Source: the human T2T-CHM13v2.0 reference genome, Homo sapiens
Length of the DNA: 64,000 nucleotides
Assembly: GCF_009914755.1 (NCBI RefSeq)
Contig: NC_060931.1
Strand: one strand, 5' to 3'
Shown here: piece by piece, positions 1 through 14,170 of the stretch
Layout: every line of letters begins with the position of its first letter
Position numbering within the stretch: position 1 is the first letter of the stretch
The notes under the pieces: generated by a model
Seen by the model: only the letters and a program-made list of their open reading frames with translations
What the model was told of the DNA's origin: nothing
Databases searched by the model: none
Program-made: the position numbers and the translations under genes

Positions 1-1347
1 TCTTAAAATAGAGATATTTTAAACATGAGGTTTTGATTGCTTTAATGACCTAATGCATTCATACATTTAAAATTTACTTAATATCTACTATGTGTCCAGT
101 ACTGTGCTAGGCAAGAGCAGACTCAAACAATTCTTTGGTTTTCTAATTCAGGTATTATTCAATTCTTTACAGCCATCATATTTTTATTTAAGAAATGGCT
201 TGTACTACCTAAACTAATTGTAACCTTAAATGAAGTAACAACTTATAATCAATTTAATACATTCATTGACTAATTCCACAAACATATACTTATTTCCCAC
301 TCTGGACCAGACCTTATGCTCCATGTTAGTGAGCAGGTATGATGCTTTTCCCTCCCTAAATAGTTCAGAGACATTTCATTATAATTGATTCTGGATCAGT
401 GCACTAATCCAGAGGATAAATCCTCTTTTTTCATTTTTGGTTAGTTATATAAAGCTTAGGATAAGGAATTTAAAAAAAAGCTATTTCTTAACCTTTAAAG
501 ACACAAGAGATTTTCTATTTATTTTCTCAATTCTGTGCTGCATTAGCTAATCTCAAAAACTTTCTGGCATGATACCAAAATGAACTGAGATCTTCAGCAT
601 GCTTTGAATCAGTCTCCAAATAAAGAGATCATTGAGCTTCCAAATGATGTTGAAACTCATTATCCTCCAACAGGGAAGCATTAAGCCATTATCCCCTGGA
701 AACATTATTACTATGAAACATCTGCAAACATCAGTACATGGTCAGAGATTGATGAGATCCACTTTTTTGTAGGTTTAAATATATTCAAAAGATGAAGAAA
801 ATCAATGAACATTTATAAGTAATGAGAGAAAAAAGATCTTATAGCTTAAGCCCATTTTGTAGGATGTAGTAATGTACCCATAAAACTACAGAATTACTTA
901 TAAGCCTATTAGGATGTGACATTAATCTAAATGTGGGGATAATGAACATAGCTATAGAAATTGACAATCAGGAATTTGTAAGAGTGAATGCATTGAAATT
1001 ATGAGCCATCTAAATGAAATAAATTGGAAATCAACAATGGATATAATTGACAAGCTGGAAGTAGCTTCCCTGTTAGAGGTCTTGTAGACTTATGGAAATA
1101 AAATAAAGTCATTCAAATATTAATAGTCAATTTTTCTTCCTAAAATCTTTCAGATAAATAGAAAACTCTCAAAATGATCAACCTTGAAATATTTCAGAAG
1201 TTCTTTCAGCTTTCCTAAAACTAAGGAAATCAAAATATTCAGAATAACTGTAAATGAGATAGAACTGTATTCTGTGGCTCAGTCGAATTAGGATAAAAAG
1301 AACTTTATGTAAATTAAATTAAGATATTAAAAATTAATAAGATAATT

Positions 1348-1674
1348 GGCCAGGTGTGTTGGTTCATGCCTGTAATCTGAGTACTTCGGGAGGCTGAGAC
1401 GGGGTAGATTGCTTGAGCTCAGAAGTTCAAGACCAGCATGGGCAATATGGCAAAACCCTGTCTCTACAAAAAATAACAGAAATTAGCTGGGCATGGTTGT
1501 TTGCACCTGTTAATCCCAACTACTTGGGAGGTCAAAATGGGAATGATCACTTAAGCCTGGGAAGTGCGGGTTGCATGAGCCAAGATTGCGCCACTGCACC
1601 ATAGTCTGTTGCAGTGAGACCCTGTCTCAAAAAACAAACAAAAAAACCCCAGAGTGAGACCTTGTATCAAAAAA
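1348..1674 (+). mobile_element. AluJ-type SINE with a duplicated 3' terminus
   Basis: Starts GGCCAGGTGTGTTGG, with two arms and an A-rich linker. J-type motifs: gcttgagctcagaagttcaagacc, gagaccctgtctc. A second agagtgagaccttgtatc+A6 follows at 1651-1674. TSD aataagataat (1336-1346)/aataggataat (1673-1683). Confidence 0.92.
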
Positions 1675-1687
1675 TAGGATAATCAGG

Positions 1688-1706
1688 TATATATATATAT
1701 ATATAT
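1688..1706. repeat. (TA)n microsatellite
   Basis: Direct dinucleotide run. Confidence 0.9.
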
Positions 1707-2163
1707 TTAATGTTTAAAATATTAACATTAATATACATTTAGTGTAATAATAAACATTAATATACATTTAATGTTTAAAAAGTACAGGACCACAAAGTGA
1801 TTCTGTGAGCAGTCCTTAAAAACATCTGTCATATTACAGCTACGCTGTGAGTATGTTTCAAAATGTTGAACAATTATCACCTGAATCTTTAACCCAGGTA
1901 TTGGAGAGCAATGACCAGATCCCTATTGGCTTTGTTGGCAATTAAAAGGATGGTAAAGATTTCTTTTCTCATCTTAAAATTGTGTTTGCTTTCCTATTAG
2001 CAAGTATTAACATAATATAAAAAGTGATCTAATATTACAGATCAAGGTGTCAAAATTGTTTTCATGTTGAATTAAATCATTGTTTTAAATTATTGAATGT
2101 AGAAACTAGCAATTATTACATTATTTCACATACACAGAACAAGAAAAAATGTAGAGTATAGAG

Positions 2164-2677
2164 CAGTGGTCCCCATGCCCTGGGCTGCTACCAGTCTGTT
2201 GCCTGTTAGGAACCAGGCCATACAGCAGGAGGTGAGCCATGAGCGAGAAATCTTCATCTTTATTTACAGCTACTCTGCATGGCTCACATTACCACCTGAG
2301 CTCTGCCACCTGTCAGATCAGCAGCAGAATTAGATTCTCATAGGAGAACGAACCCTATTGTGAACTGTGCATGCGAGGAAGCTAGGTTGTGCGTTCCTTA
2401 TGAGAATCTAATGTCTGATGATCTGTCACTGTCTCCCATCACCCCCAGATGGGACCATCTAGTTGCAGGAAAACACGCTCAGGGCTCCCACCAATTCTAC
2501 AATATGCTGAGTTGTATAATTATTTCATTATATATTACAATGAAATATATAATAGAAATAAAGTGCACCATAAATATAATGCATTTGATTCATCCCGAAA
2601 GCATCCCTTGCCCTGTCTGTGGAAAAATTGTCTTTCATGAAACCAATCCCTGGTGCCAAAAAGGTTAGGGACCACCT
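2164..2677 (+). mobile_element. MER1A-type non-autonomous hAT-Charlie DNA transposon
   Basis: Termini cagtggtcccca...agggaccac. Characteristic internal gcagaattagattctcataggag, aaccctattgtgaactg and tggaaaaattgtctt..aaacc..ccctggtgccaaaaaggtt; ~515 bp. Confidence 0.85.
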
Positions 2678-2684
2678 ACATAGG

Positions 2685-2905
2685 CTGTGCTTAGGAGTCA
2701 TTTTGATATAGATGAATATGCCAGCTCTGCTATTTTTTATACCTGTAATCTGAGACAAATCTATTAAACTTTCTAAATTTAAATGTTCTCATCTGCACAA
2801 GGTATATAATATCTATATCTTAGGATTGTTATATATGGTTACTTCTTATAAAATACTTAGTAGACCACCTCACACATAGTACTCTTCCAAAATTATTAGC
2901 TATTA
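2685..2905 (+). mobile_element. MIR SINE relic
   Basis: Degenerate MIR core (ccagctctgc..ttctcatctgc..taggattgtt..cacatagta..attagctattatt); boundaries approximate. Confidence 0.6.
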
Positions 2906-4574
2906 TTAGTGATTATTATTTAATCATATTAGTTACTAGTGAAAGTGTTTGCAGTGTGTATGGTATAACTGTGGCTTCCAGATACTTGTAGCATACAGAT
3001 AGCAAATAAGAGTATTTGAGCAGGAAAGGAAAGAGAAATAGGCAAGGCATTCATTCTCTTGGAAAATTCCATGTCATTCTATTTGCATTTTACATTTAAC
3101 TATCTCTGCTTGAAACACAGAAAAATGTCACTTATACTATTTGAAGTTATTCTAAAATAATGTTATGTATTTAAAAATATTAATACAAGTAGTTGAACAA
3201 AATAAAGCTAATTTGAAAATTAAATCAATATTATCTCTAAAGATATAAAAATCCCAGATTTACCCAGGAAAACTTCTGCTATTGAAATGTAGTCACTTAA
3301 GAGGTTTGTGAACAGAATTTTTAAAAATCCCAGTCCACAAACCATCATGTCAGAGAGACAATACCTAGAAAATCTAATAAATTATGTTGTATTGACTACA
3401 TCTGCTGAATAGTCCCTTATGTGAATTCATTCAATCTATTCCATTCTTTGATGAATATCCTTGTTCTAAAAAAAGTCTCAATTTTTATTTCTTTTCTTTC
3501 TATTATTGGCTGAAAGAAGCTAGCCATAAACAATCAGGTCCACAGCTGCCTATGAGAATTATGAGGCTCTTTCAGAGTTATTGGGAAACTCCCTGAGTTG
3601 CTGCCCTGCAGACTTAGGCTGATTTTTTGCTTTTGGCTCCTTATCTTGTCACTCAATAGAAGAAGGCATCAGAAGGTTACCACCAAGCTGAAACTGAAAT
3701 AGTCTCCACTGACCCCATGGCATGAACCTTTCATTTTGTTCTCTGGGATGGGTCACATCTTATTTGTCCATTGTAAATTTGTAGTGTCTATTCACTGAAT
3801 TCCCTTTCAGTATTTTAAATCAATTTCTCAGGGGCTTCCTAGGAAAACAAGCACAAAAGAACAGAATTTGAGATGCCACTCATGAACTTACTTGTCTTGT
3901 CTTTGCAAGTAGGATCCAGTCCAAATAAAGGTACAAAGCCTTGGTCAAGAATTTCAGTTTTTTAAACCTTATATAAAGAAACTCACAAATCTGTCATTCC
4001 CTTAAGTTAATTATAGTTACCCTATGTTTGCCAGCCTTATAGTGTATATAAAATTGGTTATAAATTAACATTACAAATAAAGTTATTATTTTACTTCTTT
4101 GAAAGTAATTAATTGATACATAGTGAATTAATATGCACAGGCAGTTTTATTTCATCAACTATTCTATTGCAAAAATACCAAGTCACTTTTCAAATCTTAA
4201 TGTTAGAATAGTCATTATCTAAAACTTGAGATAAGAGTTTCATTACTTAACATATAGTGAAAAAGAATTCTTAATTCTATTTTCATTGTAAGTACTTAAT
4301 CTCTGAGATTTCACCCTTCCAAAATTTCCCACATTCCTGACCCAATGAAGCAAATGGTGATCCCCATTTTGGCATACCAGATTGGCAGGAGCAAGAGGCT
4401 TTTGCAGGGATTCCTAAAATTACATGAAGTCATTACTGATATTTGCCCAGTAGGTACTTATTTCACATATTCACTGTTGACAGTTGGACTCAACTACTGG
4501 TCTCCTTTAGGACTAGACTTGATTCCACTCTCATTGGTCCATATCTGTGCCATGATAATTGTTAATTTTGAATG

Positions 4575-4918
4575 CAGTAGTCTACCCCCACTATCCATGG
4601 TTTCAGTTACTTGCAGTCAACCTTGATCCAAAAATATTAAGCAGAAAATATCAGAAATAAACAATTCATGTTTTAAATTCCACGCCATTTTCAGGAGTGT
4701 GATGAAATCCTGCATTGTCCCACTCCATCCCTTTCAGTCATGAATCATTCTGTTACCTGGCCTATTCAGCTGTATTTACTATTTGCCCAGGAGTCAGGAG
4801 CCATCTAGGTTACTAGATTGAAAAAGCCTAGGAGATACAGAGTTCGGTACCATCCGAGATTTTAGGTATTCACTAGGAGTCTTGGAATATATGCCCCTAG
4901 GATAAGGGGAAGCTACTG
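4575..4918 (+). mobile_element. MER44-type (Tigger7-derived) MITE
   Basis: TIRs cagtagtc.cccc..tatcc / ggataagggga.gctactg+TA; internal gttcggtaccatccgagattttagg; ~340 bp. Confidence 0.8.
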
Positions 4919-5039
4919 TAATATGTATTGTTGCCCCACTAGAAAACCTGATGCTATGTTGAGGCCCAGGAAGCTACAAATGTATATGCACACGCATTAT
5001 TTCTCTTTCAGATTCTAGTGAGTGCACTTAGAGAGAAAA

Positions 5040-5180
5040 GCATTGTCTTGTTAGAAAAAGCATGGGCCTGGGAATTTGTCATCCTGGCCTCCAGACGCAT
5101 TTTTGCATTAATTAAATTTCTGCCCTTAGGTAGATCATTTAACCCTGTCTGCATTCCATTTCATCTGGAAAGTGTGAAAG
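5040..5180 (+). mobile_element. MIR relic
   Basis: gaaaaagcatgggcctgg..ccttaggtagatcatttaacc..tcatctggaaa resembles the MIR core; approximate. Confidence 0.5.
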
Positions 5181-8009
5181 TTTTAAGTGTATATAAAAGA
5201 TTTAAGATTTATAGAGAGGATATATGTCCATCTAATATGCTTTTCATTTAAAAATTATATTTCCATTTTGGGTCATTGCTAAGTAGAAGAGATGCAGTTG
5301 AAAAATGAAATGCTTACCTATCAGTGGACAAAATGAGAAATGTTGAAAAAAGTCCAAATGAAGAGTGAGAGACGCTGGAGGGGAAGGAAAGACAGAGAGC
5401 TTGGCTGAGGCTTTCTAAGAGGCCAGTCCTTCCCAGAGAGCATGGTAGGCTCTTTGGATGGTATACAGATATTGTGAGGCCTTTAGTTATCATTTGACGA
5501 GTTTCTACTTCAGTAATTAGTGCACAGTTTAAGCACTTAAATAACTGAACTCTTGTGCTTAAGGTGTAATTAGTCTGAAGAGCAAAGGAAATATTATTAA
5601 AAATAAGATTGACTTTGTACATCAGAACTATTAATAGTACAGCTCCTATTGCATATGATGTAGTAGGTGCTTTAGAAAGGAAAGAAAGTTTAGATGTAAG
5701 AGATCTGGAAATCAAACGGTTAGATTATAAAATATAAATTTAAAGGCAGCATAATCAATTAAATATATCCAACCATCACTAAATCTGAAATTTGGAATAC
5801 TACAATTGACTCCTCTTCTAGCAATTTAAGGAAACAAAATGTGGTATATAATGGCCATTGAACATTTATCATTATTAGTAAAGTCTGAACAGGAATTGTA
5901 TTGCTTTTATTTTATTAGAAACTTTTTGATGCCATTTATATTTATTCACTCAACAATAATCTGATCTAGCATTAACGTCATCATCCTCCCATCCCCATAT
6001 GATTTTGAGACATATTGTACAATCTAGAAATAACACTGGTAAACATTGAAAACACCTGTAATCACTTCATGACTTAATCATCAACGTAGAATTGAACTCA
6101 CAGAAAATAATTTGTTTCACTGAGAAGAGAGACCATGGATGTTGTCCATGATTATTGCCATTAAATTTCATCATTCATTATGTGTTTCTGGCTACAGAAT
6201 GATAAATGAATTTACTGTGAAATGTAAAACTGCTACATATTCAGGAATATAAAATAAAATGTGGCTGAGAATAAGCATCTAAGTAAACTTCTTCAGATCT
6301 CCTGAAAAAAAAAAATAATTTTCCTGAAAGTGAGTGGCACAGCCCCATAAGCCAAATTTAAAGAACCTTTTGTTAGGCTCTTTAACATGGCAATGGTATG
6401 ATGTTGGGGGAAGAGGGGATACATGAAAATTCACACTCATAGGCTATGATCTACCTCCTAGGCAGGAACTACTGTCTGAGGGTCACATGATAAGATACCT
6501 AAGTGGGTTTGTTTATTGGTTTCCCTGTTTTAGTCTTGTATGGGTGTGGAATATTATTGAATGTTGGGCTTTTTTGGCATCAATTTTTATAATCTTTTGT
6601 TCTTGTTTTTTCTCTGTCTCTATTTTGTATGTGTTAACATATGAATAGAACTAGCAGAACTATCAGTGTTAAACTACCCTGGTGTTCCTGTGATTAACCC
6701 AACTGGGATATTATGCAGTATTATTTATATGGATTTGGCTTACCATCTTTTGCTTAGAATTTTTCCATCTATTTTAAGTGAGATAAGAGAGCTAAGTTTT
6801 AAAAATATTTCATAGCAAATAGTCAAGTAATGTTTCAGACTACTGCATGGTTTTTTCTTTTTTTTTTTGTATTTGTATACATTTATGGGGAAGAGGTATG
6901 ATTTAGTTTCCCTGAAACTACCTATTTGCTTTGCAAAAATTTTCTTCTTACTGTGGAGAGATATTTTAGGAACTAATAGGTCTTTTTAAGGAAACAGTTG
7001 TCAGAAGTTTAGAAAATTTTTCAGCTTCAGTTTTTTTCTATTAAATTCAATTAAAATTAAAACATTTTTATTAAAAAATGTGTATGAATGTGTCCCATTT
7101 TTCAATTCATTATGCATTCTATCTGAACATATGCAGAAAGAGGTGTCTAAATAATGTTTGTACATTATTATGATCTTTATGTTTCAGTTTTAGGTGATTC
7201 AAAATTTTATTTAGTCATTTCTAGTTCATAAATTTATGTCATAATCATACATGGTTTTATCAGCAAAGAAAGCTGTAATTCTTTTTAAAATAAAATATAT
7301 AGTTACCTGTTTTCTTGCCTTTAACATCAATGTTGAGGCAATGTGCCTCAATATTTTCTTTTTCTACAATTAAGTCTAAATTATTATCACTGCAAATTGA
7401 CATCTTTGTGCATAACCTGCGCATATGCTGGGCTGATGTTCCAACGACAAGCACCCTTAGGGTCTGAAGGCTAGGGTCTGCTTGAGATCCATGACCATCT
7501 GTTCTGATTGGCCTTTGCCCCTGCCACCTTTGTCTTTAAACATTTGGGCTGTCATCCACAGGTGTATGAAAGAAAATATTAACTAAACTTAAATGTCATA
7601 AATCTTTGTAAATAAAGATTATAAAATAATATTATTATAAACTAAGACTCAAAAGCAAATACTATATTTTATTTTTCACCATCAGCATGAAAATAATGTG
7701 TGAACTAAGAGTTCATTTATTATTTGCTTGTTTGAAACCTGAGGAAAACTGACCAGATGACCTCGCTCATAGTTCTAGCAGAATGAGGCAATGAGGAGGG
7801 GTAAAAAAAGAATCATGAGGAAAAATGACTTGAGTTCCAGATTTGAAACCAACAGAGGTCACCCAAAGGAAAGAAGAAGAAGCTATCAATTACCATAGCA
7901 AGATGTTGATTCTGAGTTGGCTCTCAGATCTTCCCGTCTCCCTGCTCCTTTCTTGTGGCAGTCAGGGACCGGTGAATCTGCTTCTTTTTCTGATGCTGGT
8001 ACTTTAACA

Positions 8010-8033
8010 CTACTACTAATGATGATGATGATG

Positions 8034-8068
<35 letters not shown>
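8010..8068. repeat. Compound (CTA)/(ATG)/(ATA) trinucleotide microsatellite
   Basis: Visible directly. Confidence 0.9.
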
Positions 8069-8606
8069 TTTTGCTCTATTTTCTTTTTCTGAATAGACGT
8101 TTACTTTTGTACCTTACCCAAGAGCAAAAATGAATTTCCGAAGCCTGGTTATTAGTCTCTAGAGATATAATAAGGTTTTTCACTACTAGCAATAATAGCA
8201 AAGAAAAATTTAACATTTCTAGGTATCATAAGACAAGTGGTCACGATGAAAACTGGAATCAGACCTAGGACCAGTTCTGTGGAAAAGTAGAATCACTTTC
8301 TCACATCAGATTTTACTTTCTAGTTCTTTGCTTGCTTCTACTTGTATCTCTCCTCTGAGACTGTTCTATTGAAGGTCTTCAGTTATATCAATGCAAGAAT
8401 TAAGTATATACACCTTTCAGCTTTTGACTGAAATTATTTCATTTCTCTAGGCACTTGAGACAGTAGCCTATTCTGTTATCTGTGAAAGGTTCTTCATAGA
8501 TGCTGAGACAACTTCTCTCATTTCTTTCCGTTTTGACCATTCACTCAGATGCTTCTTTGCTTATATGCTGTAGCCTTCCCCATCACCTTTTAAAAATTAT
8601 TCTGTT

Positions 8607-9660
8607 CAGAATATGTAAGGAACACAAACAAATCCATAGGAAAAAATCTAATAATCCAATCAAAAAATGGGCAGAAGTTTTAAATGGATATTTCTCAAAA
8701 GAAGACATACAAATGGCAAACAGGCATATGAAAATGTGCTCAACATCATTGATTATAATAAAAATGCAAGTTAAAACTACAGTGAGATATCATCTCACCA
8801 GTTAAAATGGCTTATATCCAAAACACAGGCAATAACAAATGCTAGTAAAGATGTATAGAAAAGGGAACACTTATACACCACTGGTGAGAATGTCAATTAG
8901 TACATCCACTATAGAGGACAGTTTGGAGTTTCCTCAAAAAACCAAAATTAGAGCTACCATATGATCCAGCAATCCCTCTGCTGGGTATCAGTATATCAGA
9001 GAGATATCTGTATTTCCATGTTGGTTGCAGCACTGTTTACAATAGCCAACATTTGGAAGCAACCTGTCTCCATAAACAGATGAATGGATAAAGAAAATGT
9101 GGTACTTACACACAATGGAGTACTATTCAGCCATAAAAAACAATGAGATCCTGTCATTTGCAACAACATGGATGGAACTGGAGATCATTATGTTAAGTGA
9201 AATAAGCTACCCACAGAAAGACAAACATCACATGTTCTCACTTATTTGTAGGATCTAAAAATCAAAGCAATTGACCTCATGGACATAATGAGTAAAAGGA
9301 TGGTTACCAGAGGCTAGGGAGAGTAATGGGGGGCTGGGAGGGAAAAGTCGGGATGGTTAATGTGTACCAAACAAATAGTAAGAGAGAATGAATAAGACCT
9401 ACTATTTGATAGCACATCAGAGTAAATATAGTCAATAATCAATATACATTTAAAAATAACTACAATAGTATAAATATACATTTAAAAAATCCTGTAATTG
9501 TGTTACAGGATTTTTTGTAACACAAAGGATAAATGCTTGAGAGGATGGATACCCATTTCCCATGATGCGATTATTACATATTACATGCCTATATGAAAAA
9601 TGTGATATGCTCCATCAATGTATGTACCAACTATGTACACAAAAAATTAAAAATTAAAAA
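8607..9660 (+). mobile_element. 5'-truncated L1MA2/3-like LINE-1 (ORF2 C-terminus + 3' UTR)
   Basis: ORF 8500-8805 ends in L1 ORF2 peptide [29 protein letters not shown]. 3' UTR motif gaatgaataagacctactatttgatagcac, then an A-rich end. Degenerate TSD aaaaattattctgtt / aaaaaatattctatt. Confidence 0.88.
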
Positions 9661-9989
9661 ATATTCTATTTAAAAAATCCATATATCTTATTGTATGTTT
9701 CTTCTAGAGTCACCGGCTCCACCCTGATGCTTTCAAAAACTACCTATTTGTTGATAAATTGTTTCAGATTTCTCTCTTGGGGTTTATAACTGTTAATATC
9801 TACTCAGTTTTTGGTTTGATATCACTGGCTGGCTGCTGCATGTTACTTCACACTGGATAAATCCAACAGAGCCATTTTATCATCCAACAAGAAAAAAGGA
9901 GTTAGCTCAGATTTTTCCCTTTGCTGAATGTTCCACTTTCGAACAGCCTCTAATTTTATAAATGATATGATTTCTCATCCATAATATCT

Positions 9990-11010
<1,021 letters not shown>

Positions 11011-12859
11011 GACCACCTCTTTCTCAGAAGGAATTTACTCAGCTTTATTTCAGTGTTACTTCCATTGTAACGTTTGTGTACATCAATACTGCAGTCCTAA
11101 TAATTCACTTTACAACTACAACATGGAAATAATATAGAACTCTGAAAATTGCTGGGAGTGTAAAATGAGATAAGTATGTGAAAATGCCAGGAACATAGCA
11201 GGTGCTCAGAAAAGCATGAACTTTTTTTTTTCTATCTATATATTTACAGAAACTGACTATCTCTGGAGCAATTTTTGTTATTTTTATTGGTTTCTCTAAT
11301 TAAATGGTTGCTTTTGCACCATTTCTCTAATGCAAAAATTTAAAAATATATTTTATTTTGAAGTGTCTGTATGTTTGGAAGATAATGACAGAATTGTGAA
11401 TGCTGGCGCCTAGATATACAAAGAACAACACCTATCAAGGTGTTTCTTACATTTCTTTTTCAAAGATGGCAATTACTGAATATTTAATTGCTGCATTAAG
11501 AAAGATTCGGAACTTGATAACCAGTGAGGGAGGAAGGAGGAGGGAGAAGGAGTTGTGGGGTCTACCCTTTTCGCTTATCTCTTCCTTTCCAACACACCTG
11601 CCACTTGAAATCACCCTCATTTACTCGAGACTGCCACAGATGCAGGAGAAATAGTAAGAAAATCTTTTTTGGTACAGGCTCTCTATTGGTGATACTGTTT
11701 ATATTTAAGTCAGCAGTAAAATAAGATTTGCTTAAAACAAATGCCTAGGGTAGCTTCCTGTGAATATGGGATACATTTAGGTTGGACATAGTTAGGTTCA
11801 ATATTTCTCTTATTCTGTAAAGTCACTTTAAACCAAAATCATGTTATCTGAAATATAAATTAATTAACACATCCTATTTAACAAAAGAAAATGTCAAGGT
11901 CTCCTAAGCTAATTAGTGATTCATCTTTCTCAACTATCATTTTTCATCCACAATTAGAGAGAAAGCTTTTGATTGTTGTAGCTATCATTTTTCTTTTTAT
12001 AAGTTGTAAAACATGTACTAGGACACATCTTTGGTGAACATATTGTCATCTACCAATATAATGGCACATTATTTTTTTTCATCAAAATGATAAAGTCTTT
12101 TGATGAACATATTCTTTGATTTTATAAAAGTGATCAGGTTTCCAGTCCAGTGACTGCAATTTTAAAGGGATTCATTAAACACAGTGGACTAATTATCTTG
12201 AGCAGTCATCTTTCTCTGAGTTTTGAAAAGCCAGTCCAAAAGTGAATTTTATTATAGAGTTATTACAGAGAAAGATCTGTAAGTACACATCCAAATCTTT
12301 TCTAGTGTCTAGTTCAAATGTTTTTCCATCTTTTTTTTGGTTTGTGCACACTTATTTAGAGAAGGTAAAAGACAGGTCAGGTGTGTGACTGTGACCTGTA
12401 CTAGAATTCTCTGCCAGGAAAGCAGTTTTGATTTGAAAAATTGCTTTCAAAAAAGTCTGAAAATAAGTAATTGAAACTAAAGTGGAAAATGTACTGAAAG
12501 TTAATACCGTAAGTTGAGCAAATAATTTCTTGCTCAAATATACTTGGTTTAATGACTCACAGCATAAAATACAATTATTGTAAAGTAATAGCCTATTCTT
12601 CTAATGTTTTGGAATATGTATGTTAATTTCAGGAAGCCTCATAAGCGCTGTTTTTTTTCATGGCAATGAAACCAACTTAACCCTAACCTTAAATTGGGGC
12701 TTAACAAAAGGATGCATCTCAACAATCTCATAACATGATTCTGGTTTGAATCACTTTCTTGGCTCTGGCCTCAAACTCTCTTCAGCTCCAGATTCTGGTT
12801 CAAACATCTACTAAATGTTCTGAAGTTCTTCAATGAAAAAGATTTGTCACTGACTTTCT

Positions 12860-13480
12860 TATCTTCTTAATGCAAACATCAGACTGCATTCTCTTTAAAT
12901 TAATGGCACTGCCCTCCGTATAATCTTCCCAGCTAAAATTCTCAGAGTGCTCTTTAGTCCTCTTCCTCCCTTAGCCCTCCACACCCATTCCCTGACCATA
13001 TCCCGTTAGCTTCATCTCTGAAATACTTCTCAGATCATTTTCTCTTTTCCGGTCTCAGGACCATTGTGTCAATTCCTGCTCCCACCTTCTCTGACCTTGA
13101 TTATTGCTCTTGTTTTCTAACTGGTGTATCTGCTTCACCCTTACCTAATTTATTTTTATTTTAACTGCCACCAACTTAATGGAATAGAATACAAATCTTC
13201 TTCATCTTGCTTAAATACCTAGTTTTTCTCGATGAATTATAGTTTATACTCATTAAAGTATGTAAGTTAGTGTATGACCCCAAACTATTTTCCTAAGGGC
13301 ATCTCCTGCACTTCTTACTTCTCTTTCCAGCCCAACTTTTCATCCTCCAGGTCTTTGCACAAACTTTCTTTCTATTAAAAATTCCCTTTTGTGACTTGAC
13401 TTGTACCTTTCTTTACCTATCACATTGATAGTCATTTTAAGACAGTTAAAATGTTCCATTTATTAAGATCCCCCCAAAAA
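12860..13480 (+). mobile_element. L2 LINE relic(s)
   Basis: Pyrimidine-rich L2-like motifs (aatggcact..cccagctaaaattctcagagt..ttctaactggt..ccaggtctttgcac); approximate. Confidence 0.55.
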
Positions 13481-13949
13481 TTGAACCTCTCTCTATTGTG
13501 AACCTCATCAATAGTTTGAGAAAATATTTTTCATATCATATAATACAGAGATTGTCCCCAAACTTGGTAATTCCCAGAATAACTTGAGGAATTTTAAACA
13601 ACTGAATTTCACATGCCTAGATTCCACTATAAATTTCTGAGTTATTATTCTGAAGATGAGGTCCTACAGGCTCCCTAGTACCTTGAGAGGAGTGAATTTA
13701 CTAAGTCATCTCTCTATTCTCAATCTCCTGGATGATTCTTTGTACAAAAAAGTATCTTAATGAGTAGTTGCAAAATAAAAGATGAACTAATTAGTTATTT
13801 AGTTTTTCATTCAAATCTACAAGCTCATTCTGCCCTACTCTCCATCCTAAATCTGGGGTAGGTTGGGCTAGTGTCTACTGAAACTTGACGAGGGTATTTG
13901 GAGATCCTTTGGCTCACAGACCTCTGTAGTGTTAAAGAGACCCTGTTAA

Positions 13950-14170
13950 AGTGAATTGAGCAAGGGCTTTAGAAATAGAACTGGATTCATGCTTGGCTTT
14001 ACTTTTTTTAGTACTATGATCTTGGACACATTACCTAATCAGGCTGAGCCCCAGTTACTTCACATGTAAAATGGTGATTAGATTAAATGCTACAGAGAAG
14101 AGAGCAGGGAGAATTAAGTTAAAGGAGATGGTGAAGGTAAAGCATGGAACAGAGTGGGCATGTATCATAT
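13950..14170 (+). mobile_element. MIR relic
   Basis: gagcaagggctttagaa..gatcttggacacattacctaatc..ctgagccccagttacttcacatgtaaaatgg. Confidence 0.7.

Noticed and set aside
560-900. Possible ancient CR1/L3 relic
   Set aside because: Only two short, weak motif resemblances; cannot be supported without an HMM search.
11400-11724. Overlapping 84/66-aa ORFs in unique DNA
   Set aside because: No recognisable domain or convincing splice-site pair; the lengths are expected by chance.
13545-13685. Possible MER5-type hAT relic
   Set aside because: Too degenerate to call; no clear TIR pair.
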